Assembly: GCA_018062285.1 (NCBI GenBank)
Contig: JAGOSO010000006.1
Coordinates: 1 to 40,097, forward strand
Direction: 5' to 3'
Origin: Minisyncoccota bacterium
Lineage (GTDB): Bacteria; Patescibacteriota; Minisyncoccia; 2-02-FULL-40-12; GWA2-44-9
Length of the DNA stretch: 40,097 nt
Shown here: positions 1 through 7,851 of the stretch, in pieces
How positions within the stretch are numbered: the stretch's first letter is position 1
Layout: each line of letters starts with the position of its first letter
Translations under genes and position numbers: made by a program
Notes under the pieces: generated by a model
The model's database searches: none
Seen by the model: only the letters and a program-made list of their open reading frames with translations
What the model was told of the DNA's origin: nothing

Positions 1-780
1 GCTGAAGATTCAGAGTTGTTCATTGTAGAGGGCGACTCAGCCGGTGGCTCATCTAAGCAAGCGCGCAATCGACACACCCAGGCCATTCTTCCTTTGCGCG
101 GTAAGATTTTGAATGTTGAAAAGGCTCGCTTAGATAAAATGCTGGCCTCTCAAGAAATTCGCAATTTGATTATTGCTATGGGCACAGCTATTGCCGAAGA
201 ATTTGATTTGTCCAAACTTCGTTACCATAAGATTGTTATCATGACCGATGCCGACGTCGACGGAGCCCACATTCGAACTTTGTTGCTCACTCTTTTCTAT
301 CGATATTTCCCACAAGTAATTGCTGGCGGTCATTTGTATATTGCCCAACCTCCTTTGTATAAACTACAGAAGGGGACAAAGATTCAGTATGCATATAATG
401 ATGCCGAAAAAGACAAAGTTATGGATGAGTTTCGTAAAGTGGCTGGCGAAAAAGCCAAAGCCAAAAAGAAAGAAGAAGGCTCAGAATGGGAGGTTACATC
501 TGTCGGTGGAGATGCTGCAGAATTAGCAGCTAACGGTTTGCCAGAAGTAGAGAAGATTTCTGGGGTATCACTACAGCGCTACAAAGGTCTCGGGGAAATG
601 AACCCTGACCAGCTCTGGGAAACAACTTTGAATCCAGAAAACCGAATTTTGCTTCAGGTTAATGTCAAAGACGCTCAATCAGCCGATAAGGTTTTCGATA
701 TCCTGATGGGTTCAGACGTGTTGCCCCGTAAGAAGTTTATCCAGACACACGCGAAGTCGGTAACCAACCTTGATATTTAG
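1..780 (+). CDS. gyrB: DNA gyrase subunit B, C-terminal part (5' end outside window)
   Basis: Open from base 1. Toprim motifs [37 protein letters not shown] and C-terminal [18 protein letters not shown]. Confidence 0.97.
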   Translation, partial: AEDSELFIVEGDSAGGSSKQARNRHTQAILPLRGKILNVEKARLDKMLASQEIRNLIIAMGTAIAEEFDLSKLRYHKIVIMTDADVDGAHIRTLLLTLFYRYFPQVIAGGHLYIAQPPLYKLQKGTKIQYAYNDAEKDKVMDEFRKVAGEKAKAKKKEEGSEWEVTSVGGDAAELAANGLPEVEKISGVSLQRYKGLGEMNPDQLWETTLNPENRILLQVNVKDAQSADKVFDILMGSDVLPRKKFIQTHAKSVTNLDI

Positions 781-783
781 CAA

Positions 784-812
784 TTGACACATTGGTTGGG
801 GTTTGGTATTCT
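784..812 (+). promoter_or_regulatory. sigma70-type promoter for secE-nusG-rplK
   Basis: TTGACA (784-789), 17-nt spacer, TATTCT (807-812) preceded by TG (extended -10). Confidence 0.75.
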
Positions 813-863
813 AATATCAATGGCCCCGCGAGGGGTTTTAGAATATAGGAATTTAAAAGAAAT

Positions 864-1049
864 ATGAGTAAAATCATGCAATTTTTTAGGGAAGTTCGAG
901 TCGAGATGACTAAGGTTGTTTGGCCAACTGGTCGACAGCTCGTTATTTATACTCTCGTCGTAATCCTCTTAAGTGTTTTATTAGCTGTTTTTCTTGGTGT
1001 TTTAGACTTAGGTTTCCAAACTGTATTAACTAAGTACATTCTTAAATAA
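864..1049 (+). CDS. secE: Preprotein translocase subunit SecE
   Basis: FFREVRVEMTKVVWP motif plus one TM helix; directly upstream of nusG. Confidence 0.95.
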   Translation: MSKIMQFFREVRVEMTKVVWPTGRQLVIYTLVVILLSVLLAVFLGVLDLGFQTVLTKYILK

Positions 1050-1050
1050 A

Positions 1051-1596
1051 ATGCCAAAACAAGTTGAAACAGGTGAGCGCAGTTGGTTCGCTATCCATAC
1101 CTATGCAGGATATGAAGATAACGTTGCCAGAAATTTAAAACAGCGTATTGAATCGCTTGGTTTTGAGAACAAGATTTTTAATGTTCTGGTTCCTAAAGAA
1201 AAGAAGATAAAGATTAAATCAGGCAAGCGTGAAACCATTGAAGAAAAGATTTATCCGGGCTATGTTTTGGTGGAAATGATCGTTGACGATGCATCTTGGT
1301 ACGTTGTTCGCAATACCCCAAATGTTACTGGTTTTATTGGTGCCGGAACTGTCCCAACACCTTTAGCCCCAGGAGAAGTTGAAGCTTTGCTTAAGCGTAT
1401 GGGTGTTGATGAGCCAAAATATAAGATTGATGTCGCTGTTGGTGATCGAGTCAAAATTACCGACGGTCCTTTCAAGGATTTTGATGGTAAGATTGCTGAG
1501 ATTGACCCAGAGAAAGGACGTATCAAGGTATTGGTTACAATATTCGGGCGCGAAACGCCGGTAGAGTTGGACTTCCTTCAGATTAAAAAACTTTAA
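1051..1596 (+). CDS. nusG: Transcription termination/antitermination factor NusG
   Basis: NGN domain (WFAIHTYAGYE, IYPGYVLVEM, VRNTPNVTGF) and KOW domain (VKITDGPF, IFGRETPVEL). Confidence 0.97.
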   Translation: MPKQVETGERSWFAIHTYAGYEDNVARNLKQRIESLGFENKIFNVLVPKEKKIKIKSGKRETIEEKIYPGYVLVEMIVDDASWYVVRNTPNVTGFIGAGTVPTPLAPGEVEALLKRMGVDEPKYKIDVAVGDRVKITDGPFKDFDGKIAEIDPEKGRIKVLVTIFGRETPVELDFLQIKKL

Positions 1597-1643
1597 TTAT
1601 ATCGATGCGGTGAGAGTGCTTCTCCTCATAGCATCAAAGTTAT

Positions 1644-2063
1644 ATGGCAAAGAAAGTAAAAACAATAGTAAAATTACAGGTTATTGCAGGCAAATTAGAA
1701 CCATCAAAGATCGGTCAGGCTTTAGGGCCTCACGGTTTGAATCTTCAGCAGTTCATGGCCCAGGTTAACGAAGCCGCCAAAGACAAAGAAGGACAACAGA
1801 TTCCAGTTGAAATTACTATCTATGACGATCGTACTTTCACCTTTATCTTAAAGACTCCGCCAGCTGCTTACTTGTTGCGCAGTGCTGCGGGAATCGAAAA
1901 AGGCTCTGGTGTTCCTAATAAAACCAAGGTTGGCAGTGTGACCAAGGCTCAAGTTTTGAAGATCGCTGAACAGAAGATGGGCGACTTGAATGCTAACGAT
2001 GTCGAAGCTGCCGCTAAGATTATTGGTGGCACCGCTCGCTCAATGGGCATCGAAGTTAAATAA
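1644..2063 (+). CDS. rplK: 50S ribosomal protein L11 (uL11), divergent N-terminal domain
   Basis: [16 protein letters not shown] and [10 protein letters not shown] are conserved; follows nusG. Confidence 0.96.
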   Translation: MAKKVKTIVKLQVIAGKLEPSKIGQALGPHGLNLQQFMAQVNEAAKDKEGQQIPVEITIYDDRTFTFILKTPPAAYLLRSAAGIEKGSGVPNKTKVGSVTKAQVLKIAEQKMGDLNANDVEAAAKIIGGTARSMGIEVK

Positions 2064-2070
2064 GAATTCT

Positions 2071-2111
2071 AAATAACAAAACCTCCGCGACTCGCGGAGG
2101 TTTTGTTATTT
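2071..2111. terminator. Bidirectional intrinsic terminator after rplK
   Basis: Perfect 20-nt inverted repeat aaataacaaaacctccgcga-c-tcgcggaggttttgttattt. Confidence 0.88.
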
Positions 2112-2155
2112 ATGGTTAATTTGATAAAGTGTCTAAAGTTCTTACAAGGAGCGTT

Positions 2156-2824
2156 ATGATCGTACATCCGTTTCGAGGAGTTTTCTTTGCCATTGAAGGC
2201 GTTGATGGTAATGGCAAGTCGGCTACTGCAAACCTTTTTTCTGAGAGGCTCAGGACTATTCACGGTATGAATGTTGAGATTGCCAAAGAGCCTGGGAAGA
2301 ACAGGACTTACGGCAAGTTGATCTACGAAGATCTAAACACTCCAGGTGGAATGCATGCCACTGACCCCATTGGCTTCCAGCGTTGGTTTGCTTGCGATAG
2401 CAAACAGAACGTCACCGACAACATTATGAGAGCCCTCTCGGCCGATCGTGGCGTTGTCGTCGCTGATCGCTACCGGCACTCTATGGTTCATGGGGCCACG
2501 AATGGAAAAGAGCAATTTCCTAAACTGATGCAGTTGACCGCTCAGATCATGGGTGAGCATTTTTTCTGGCCAGATCTGACTTTCATCTTGGATGTATCTC
2601 CCGAGACATCAATGGAGCGTCTACAGAAGAAGGGACGGAAGCTTGATGGCTATGAGGTCCAAGACCGGTTGGCTTGGGTTCGTCAGAACTATCTCGATTT
2701 CGCCTGGGCATACCCGGCTGGAACAATCGTTCTTTCCGGAGAGCCATCAACGGAAGAGATTGTTCGAGAAATCGAGGTTTCCGCTGTTCCTGTTTTGCGC
2801 AAGAAGGGGTTCATCAAGGATTGA
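2156..2824 (+). CDS. tmk: Thymidylate (dTMP) kinase
   Basis: P-loop IEGVDGNGKS, KEPG, ADRY and PDLTFILDV. Start moved to ATG 2156, 4 nt after AAGGAG. Confidence 0.85.
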   Translation: MIVHPFRGVFFAIEGVDGNGKSATANLFSERLRTIHGMNVEIAKEPGKNRTYGKLIYEDLNTPGGMHATDPIGFQRWFACDSKQNVTDNIMRALSADRGVVVADRYRHSMVHGATNGKEQFPKLMQLTAQIMGEHFFWPDLTFILDVSPETSMERLQKKGRKLDGYEVQDRLAWVRQNYLDFAWAYPAGTIVLSGEPSTEEIVREIEVSAVPVLRKKGFIKD

Positions 2825-2844
2825 ACCACCTGCTTGTCTGGATC

Positions 2845-2875
2845 GCCCTGGTGTTAAAGCGCCGGGGCTTTTTTT
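2845..2875 (+). terminator. Intrinsic terminator after tmk
   Basis: gccctggtg/cgccggggc stem (G-U pairs) followed by T7. Confidence 0.7.
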
Positions 2876-2904
2876 GTTCCATAAATCATGGTAAATTAAG
2901 CATT

Positions 2905-4371
2905 ATGAAATATCAGCCCGTTATTGGTCTCGAAATCCATGCAGCCCTCAAAACCAAAACAAAAATGTTTTGTGATTCTTTGAATGACCCAGACGAAAAG
3001 CGTCCCAATTGGAATGTCTGCCCAATTTGTATGGGGCATCCAGGGACTATTCCAGTCATCAACCAAGAGGCGGTCCGCAAAGTAATCCTTACCGGCTTAG
3101 CTTTGAATTGTAAGATTGCTCACGATACTTTTTTTGAACGTAAGAATTATTTTTATCCTGACTTGCCAAAAGGTTATCAGATTTCTCAGTACCAGAAGCC
3201 ACTTTGTGAACATGGGGAACTGACTATTGAAGGCGGTAAAAAGATTCGCATTACTCGTATCCACTTAGAAGAAGATGCTGGTCGACTCCAGCACGATCCA
3301 TCAGGTGACTTTTCTTTGGTTGATTATAATCGGGCCTGCGTCCCGTTGATGGAGTTGGTCACTGAACCAGATTTTAATAATGGAACCGATGTCCGTTCTT
3401 TTTCAGAGGCCTATCAGATGATTTTAAAATATATTGGTGCTTCTGATGCAGACATGGAAAAGGGTTTGATGCGAGTCGAGGTTAATATCTCTTTAACTAA
3501 CGAAGACGGTTCTTATGGTACTAAAGTAGAAATTAAAAACTTAAATTCTATTACTGCCGCCGCAGCATCAGTTGATTACGAAATAGCTCGCCAGAAAGAA
3601 TTAATTGAAAGTGGGGGAGAAGTTGTGCCTGAAACTCGAGGTTGGGATGAAAATAAAAAAGCGACTTTTAGCCAGCGCACCAAAGAGGAAGCTCAGGACT
3701 ATCGTTATTTCCCAGAGCCAGATTTGCCACCTTTGCATTTTGAAGATTCTGATATCGAAGCCATCAAGACCACCATGCCAGAATTGCCTCAGGCTCGTCA
3801 TGAGCGCTTTAAAAAACAGTATGGTTTACCAGATGCTGACATAGAGATGTTTGTTGCTGACAAGGTTCTCGGCAACTTCTTTGAACACGTGGCTAGTGAA
3901 TTGATGTCTTTTGATAAGCTTGGTCATCTTGAAAGACCCGCCCCAGAACATCAAGAGAGATTATTTAAGCTGGCATCAAATTATGCGATTACAGAATTAC
4001 AGAAGCATCGTACAACTTCTGGCAGTGAAGACACAAAGATAACACCTGAGTCTTTCGCTGATCTGGTAGTTCGTGTATTCCACAAACAGATCTCATCCTC
4101 CGGTGCCCAAGCCGTGCTTGAAGAAATGTTCAAGACTGGCGCATCTCCAGAACATGTTATTAAAGAAAAAGATCTTGGCCAGGTTTCTGATGCTGGTGCC
4201 CTAGATTCAATCGTTGATGCTGTTATTGCCGCCAATCCAAAACCAGTTGAAGATTACAAGAAAGGCAAAGAGGCATCCCTTAAATTCTTAATTGGTATGG
4301 CTATGCGTGAATCCAAGGGCAAGGGGAATCCGCAGGTTCTCGAAGAGATAATTAAACAAAAGCTTTCATAA
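2905..4371 (+). CDS. gatB: Asp-tRNA(Asn)/Glu-tRNA(Gln) amidotransferase subunit B
   Basis: MKYQPVIGLEIH, FYPDLPKGYQISQ, IHLEEDAG, DYRYFPEPDLPP and C-terminal YqeY-like domain. True start is ATG 2905; the track's upstream extension overlaps tmk. Confidence 0.96.
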   Translation: MKYQPVIGLEIHAALKTKTKMFCDSLNDPDEKRPNWNVCPICMGHPGTIPVINQEAVRKVILTGLALNCKIAHDTFFERKNYFYPDLPKGYQISQYQKPLCEHGELTIEGGKKIRITRIHLEEDAGRLQHDPSGDFSLVDYNRACVPLMELVTEPDFNNGTDVRSFSEAYQMILKYIGASDADMEKGLMRVEVNISLTNEDGSYGTKVEIKNLNSITAAAASVDYEIARQKELIESGGEVVPETRGWDENKKATFSQRTKEEAQDYRYFPEPDLPPLHFEDSDIEAIKTTMPELPQARHERFKKQYGLPDADIEMFVADKVLGNFFEHVASELMSFDKLGHLERPAPEHQERLFKLASNYAITELQKHRTTSGSEDTKITPESFADLVVRVFHKQISSSGAQAVLEEMFKTGASPEHVIKEKDLGQVSDAGALDSIVDAVIAANPKPVEDYKKGKEASLKFLIGMAMRESKGKGNPQVLEEIIKQKLS

Positions 4372-5236
4372 GCTTTGTTGCACTTGTTAGATTTTTGACC
4401 CAGTGAATGTTTTTGTTTCTTTTAAACCAAGTCATTTGGCGTTTTGAGTATTGGTGGATTGCTTGATCGAGGCCGATAGTCATTTCATCTTTGGTGATTT
4501 TGTTTTGTAGATATTGGCCAACCCAGCGATACTCTAATCCTAAATCATAAAGGCGTTGCCACGATATGCCACCAGTACGAAGTTTTTTAACTTCAGCAAT
4601 CATGCCTTGTTTGATGCGGGCCGATAGGCGGGTAGAGATCCTTTTTTCTAAACCCTTTGGATTTAGGCCAAGCCACAAAACATCGTATGGTGATTCTTGT
4701 TTGATTCGTCCGACAGGTTGGCCTGTGGCAGTAATGATTTCGATCGCCCTGATTAAGCGGCGGGGATTTTTGGAATCAATGTTCCCAGATCGTTCTGGAT
4801 CGAGTTTCTGTAGTTGTTCAAATAATTGTTCCGTGGATTGTTTCTCGAGTTTCGCGCGGAGTTTGTAATTTGGTGGGACTTCCGGAAGAGAGAAGTTGTA
4901 TACAAGTGTATCAATGTATTGCCCAGTGCCGCCGACAATTATGGGCATTTTATTTTTAGAAATAATTTCTTTGATTGCTTTCTCTCCTAGTTTTTTAAAG
5001 TCAGATACGGTGAATATTTTTTTTGGGTTAGCTACGTCAATCAAATGGTGGTGGGCGAGACGCTGTTCTTTTTTGGTGACTTTGCCGGTGCCTACATCCA
5101 TCCCGCGGTATACCTGTCGGCTATCGGCTGAGATAATTTCACCTTTGAATTTTCTGGCCAACTTAATAGCTAGATCAGATTTCCCTGAGGCAGTTGGGCC
5201 AACTATGACTATAATCTTAGGATTGATTTTTGGCAT
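4352..5236 (-). CDS. miaA: tRNA dimethylallyltransferase
   Basis: GPTASGKS, IISADSRQVY, VGGTGQY, NPRRLIRAIE, YSKRQMTWF. Confidence 0.96.
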   Translation of the reverse strand: MPKINPKIIVIVGPTASGKSDLAIKLARKFKGEIISADSRQVYRGMDVGTGKVTKKEQRLAHHHLIDVANPKKIFTVSDFKKLGEKAIKEIISKNKMPIIVGGTGQYIDTLVYNFSLPEVPPNYKLRAKLEKQSTEQLFEQLQKLDPERSGNIDSKNPRRLIRAIEIITATGQPVGRIKQESPYDVLWLGLNPKGLEKRISTRLSARIKQGMIAEVKKLRTGGISWQRLYDLGLEYRWVGQYLQNKITKDEMTIGLDQAIHQYSKRQMTWFKRNKNIHWVKNLTSATKLMKAFV

Positions 5237-5243
5237 CTAATAT

Positions 5244-5272
5244 GTTATAATCTAAACCCTGGTTTTAGGCAA
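5244..5272 (-). promoter_or_regulatory. Promoter for (near-)leaderless miaA; its -10 overlaps a + strand TGtTATAAT serving the divergent ORF
   Basis: Minus strand TTGCCT (5272-5267), 17 nt, TATAAC (5249-5244), then 7 nt to ATG 5236. Confidence 0.6.
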
Positions 5273-5296
5273 GCACCTTTCAGTTCAGGAGGTCGA

Positions 5297-5854
5297 GTGT
5301 ATAAGAAGATTAGAAAGGTTGGGATTGCTCTTTTGGCCGTTAGTTTATTGGTCGGGAACACCGATATTGGCACGGCCTTTATCGTAATGTTCTTGCCTAA
5401 AGACATTTCTTTGTGGGCCCTTCTAGTCATTATCATTGTTTCGGCCAACATCCAGGCAGCTATCTGCTATAAGCTTGGCCACGACCTTGTTTCGGTGTTG
5501 GGTAGGCTGTATGGGTCTGTTTTCGAGATCCCTTATTCCGTCAGGTTCAACTGGTTGTCTCATGGTTTCAAGCGGGCTATTCTTTCGACCCTCTTTTTGT
5601 TCCATGACTGGGAAGCAACCAAGCACAGTTTTGAAAGAGTGGTCAGGTCTATTTCTGGAAGCAAGAGGTTGATGTTCGGGGCATTTTTTACCTGGCTTCT
5701 CGCTCCAGGGAGTCGCTCAATAACAGCTATCGTTCTTGGTATGTCTGAAAGATTTGGATTGTTACTGGTCCTCACCACGCTGCATGTTGTTCTCGGTTTT
5801 ATTTTCTGGGGACTTGTTTACGAAGTTGCCTCTGGTGTGACCAGCCTTTTTTAA
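5297..5854 (+). CDS. Hypothetical multi-pass membrane protein, possibly highly diverged DedA/VTT-like
   Basis: 185 aa with several hydrophobic segments; GTG start 4 nt after AGGAGG; followed by a terminator. Confidence 0.7.
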   Translation: MYKKIRKVGIALLAVSLLVGNTDIGTAFIVMFLPKDISLWALLVIIIVSANIQAAICYKLGHDLVSVLGRLYGSVFEIPYSVRFNWLSHGFKRAILSTLFLFHDWEATKHSFERVVRSISGSKRLMFGAFFTWLLAPGSRSITAIVLGMSERFGLLLVLTTLHVVLGFIFWGLVYEVASGVTSLF

Positions 5855-5860
5855 AACTAA

Positions 5861-5891
5861 GCCCCCGCATTTGCGGGGGCCGTTCTTTTTT
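5861..5891. terminator. Convergent terminator between ORF 5297 and thrS
   Basis: gcccccgca-tt-tgcgggggc with T-rich flanks on both strands. Confidence 0.8.
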
Positions 5892-5897
5892 CTGGGA

Positions 5898-7637
5898 TTA
5901 CTTTTTTAAATCTATTTCTTCTTTCAAGAGAGCGAGAGCAATATCGATCGCCATGACACCCTTGTCTCCATCTTTTCGTTTGCGGACAGCGACAGATTGA
6001 GCTTCTAGTTCTTTGTCTCCGATCACAAACAAATACGGAATCTTTTGCATTTCGGCGTTGCGGATCTTTTTGCCGAGAGTTTCGTTTTGGTCGTGGAGTT
6101 CAGCACGGATGCCGGCATGTTTTAATTTGTGAACTACAGATTCAGCAAAAGCTTTCTGGTTATCTGAGATGTTAATAACCGCAACCTGAACAGGGGCGAG
6201 CCATAATGGGAAAGCACCAGCGTAGTGTTCGATTAGGACACCCATAAATCTTTCGATTGATCCAAGTATGGCGACGTGAAGAACGGCTGGTGCGTGTTCT
6301 TGGCCATCCTCGCCAACGTAGCGCATGTTGAAGTTCTCTGGTTGGTTAAAATCAAGTTGAACGGTTGTGAGCTGCCACTTTCTGCCAATTGAATCTTTGA
6401 CCATGATGTCTATCTTTGGGCCATAGAATGCGGCTTCGCCTTCTTCGACAACATAAGGACGACCCCACTTCTTTACTGATTCAATTAAGATTTCTTCGGA
6501 CTTGCTCCAAAGAGAATCATCTCCGAAGTATTTTTCTGGGGTCTTGGGATCTCTGATTGATATCTGAACTGAATAATCAGTAAACATGAAAGTCTTATAG
6601 ACTTTGTCTAACAATCCAAGGATCATTTCAATTTCACTTTGAATTTGGTCGTGTCTTACAAAATGGTGGGTATCATCTTGGGTAAGAGCTTTAACTCTTA
6701 CAAGGCCACTAAGTTCGCCACTCTTTTCGTTTCGGTATACGGTGGTATTCTCAGCGATACGGTAGGGCAAATCACGATAGCTGTGTGGTTCAGAATTGTA
6801 TATGGCAAAGTGGTGAGGGCAGTTCATGGCTTTCATGACGAACTGGTCACCATCCTGATCAGTCATTATTGGCATCATCGCATCGTACTTACCTAAGTGG
6901 CCACTCTTTTTATAAAGCTCAGTACTGGCGATGTGGGGAATATGAACAAACTTGTAGCCGAGGTTTTCTTTTTCTTGTCTCATGAAATTACCTAATTCAT
7001 TAAAGACAGTTTCTCCTTTGGGTAAGAAAAGAGGGAGACCTGGGCCAACGAGTGGGCTAAAAGCGAATAGACCAAGCTCTTTGCCTAATTTTTTGTGATC
7101 TCTTTTTTCAGCCTCTTCCCGTTGGGTTAAATATTCTTTTAATTTATCTTTGCTCTCAAAAGCCAAGCCATAGATACGGGTGAGTTGGGGATTCTTTTCA
7201 CTGCCACGCCAGTAAGCGCCAGCCAAACGAGAAAGCTTAAATGAATTTCCTTGGATGGTGCTTGGGTCTTCAACGTGGCCACCGCGACAAAGGTCGGTAA
7301 AAGATCCTGAGGTGTATAGGGTTATTTTCTCACCAGCTTTTTCTAGGTCAGCGATAAGTTCTTCTTTGAACTGGTTGCCATTAAACATGGCGCGAGCTTC
7401 ATCAGCTGAAACTTCTTTGCCCTCAAAACTTTTCCAAGCCTTTAAGAGTTCACGCATCTTATCTTCTATGACAGGTAAATCAGTATCAGAAAGTTTTCCC
7501 TTAACATCAATGTCGTAATAGAAGCCATCTTCGATGGCAGGACCAATGGCTAATTTTGAGCCAGGATACAAATCCAAAACAGCTGCTCCTAGCAAGTGGG
7601 CCAACGAGTGCCTAACGTGTTCGATTGAGTTTTTCAT
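5898..7637 (-). CDS. thrS: Threonyl-tRNA synthetase (short form without N-terminal TGS domain)
   Basis: Editing motifs HSLAHLL and DLCRGGH, RDHKKLG, MNCPHH, AFYGPKID, GSIERF, and anticodon-binding domain. Confidence 0.97.
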   Translation of the reverse strand: MKNSIEHVRHSLAHLLGAAVLDLYPGSKLAIGPAIEDGFYYDIDVKGKLSDTDLPVIEDKMRELLKAWKSFEGKEVSADEARAMFNGNQFKEELIADLEKAGEKITLYTSGSFTDLCRGGHVEDPSTIQGNSFKLSRLAGAYWRGSEKNPQLTRIYGLAFESKDKLKEYLTQREEAEKRDHKKLGKELGLFAFSPLVGPGLPLFLPKGETVFNELGNFMRQEKENLGYKFVHIPHIASTELYKKSGHLGKYDAMMPIMTDQDGDQFVMKAMNCPHHFAIYNSEPHSYRDLPYRIAENTTVYRNEKSGELSGLVRVKALTQDDTHHFVRHDQIQSEIEMILGLLDKVYKTFMFTDYSVQISIRDPKTPEKYFGDDSLWSKSEEILIESVKKWGRPYVVEEGEAAFYGPKIDIMVKDSIGRKWQLTTVQLDFNQPENFNMRYVGEDGQEHAPAVLHVAILGSIERFMGVLIEHYAGAFPLWLAPVQVAVINISDNQKAFAESVVHKLKHAGIRAELHDQNETLGKKIRNAEMQKIPYLFVIGDKELEAQSVAVRKRKDGDKGVMAIDIALALLKEEIDLKK

Positions 7638-7672
7638 ATGTTTTTATTTGATTAAGGATAGCAGTATTAAGA

Positions 7673-7715
7673 GTAAAAATAAAGACGCCCTGTCTCGTCT
7701 TTGAGAGGGCGTCTT
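7673..7715 (-). terminator. Attenuator terminator in the thrS leader
   Basis: Minus strand AAGACGCCCT (7715-7706) pairs with AGGGCGTCTT (7691-7682) as a 10-bp stem, followed by TATTTTT. Confidence 0.85.
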
Positions 7716-7733
7716 GGAGCACAATCTTTATGT

Positions 7734-7805
7734 TTATGCGCCAACAGACCCTCTCAAAGAAGGGGTGGTTGTGCATGTAGTTGAGAATAAACGAGAAATA
7801 GTCAT
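7734..7805 (-). CDS. Thr-rich leader peptide MTISRLFSTTCTTTPSLRGSVGA (23 aa)
   Basis: Read by hand: ATG 7805 to TAA 7736-7734. Six Thr codons, five of them in ACT ACA TGC ACA ACC ACC. Overlaps the antiterminator strand. Confidence 0.85.
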   Translation of the reverse strand: MTISRLFSTTCTTTPSLRGSVGA

Positions 7806-7814
7806 CGTGTAGTT

Positions 7815-7843
7815 ATTCTACTAAAAACAGAGACTGCTTACAA
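7815..7843 (-). promoter_or_regulatory. Promoter of the thrS leader
   Basis: TTGTAA (7843-7838), 17 nt, TAGAAT (7820-7815), then 9 nt to the leader ATG. Confidence 0.7.
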
Positions 7844-7851
7844 ATGTTTAA

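Noticed and set aside
2822-2824. Genetic code 25 (UGA=Gly) as in Gracilibacteria/Absconditabacteria
   Set aside because: TGA ends tmk and ORF 18071 just before terminators, and conserved genes have no in-frame TGA.
2674-2904. N-terminal extension of the gatB ORF in the track
   Set aside because: It overlaps tmk and a terminator. GatB homology starts at MKYQPVIG (2905), which has its own -10.
4352-4371. 20-nt convergent overlap of gatB and miaA
   Set aside because: Ordinary compaction in a reduced genome; only a weak palindrome.
7640-7810. T-box riboswitch upstream of thrS
   Set aside because: No T-box antiterminator bulge (UGGNACC) or stem I motifs, the leader is too short, and the leader-peptide model explains the sequence.
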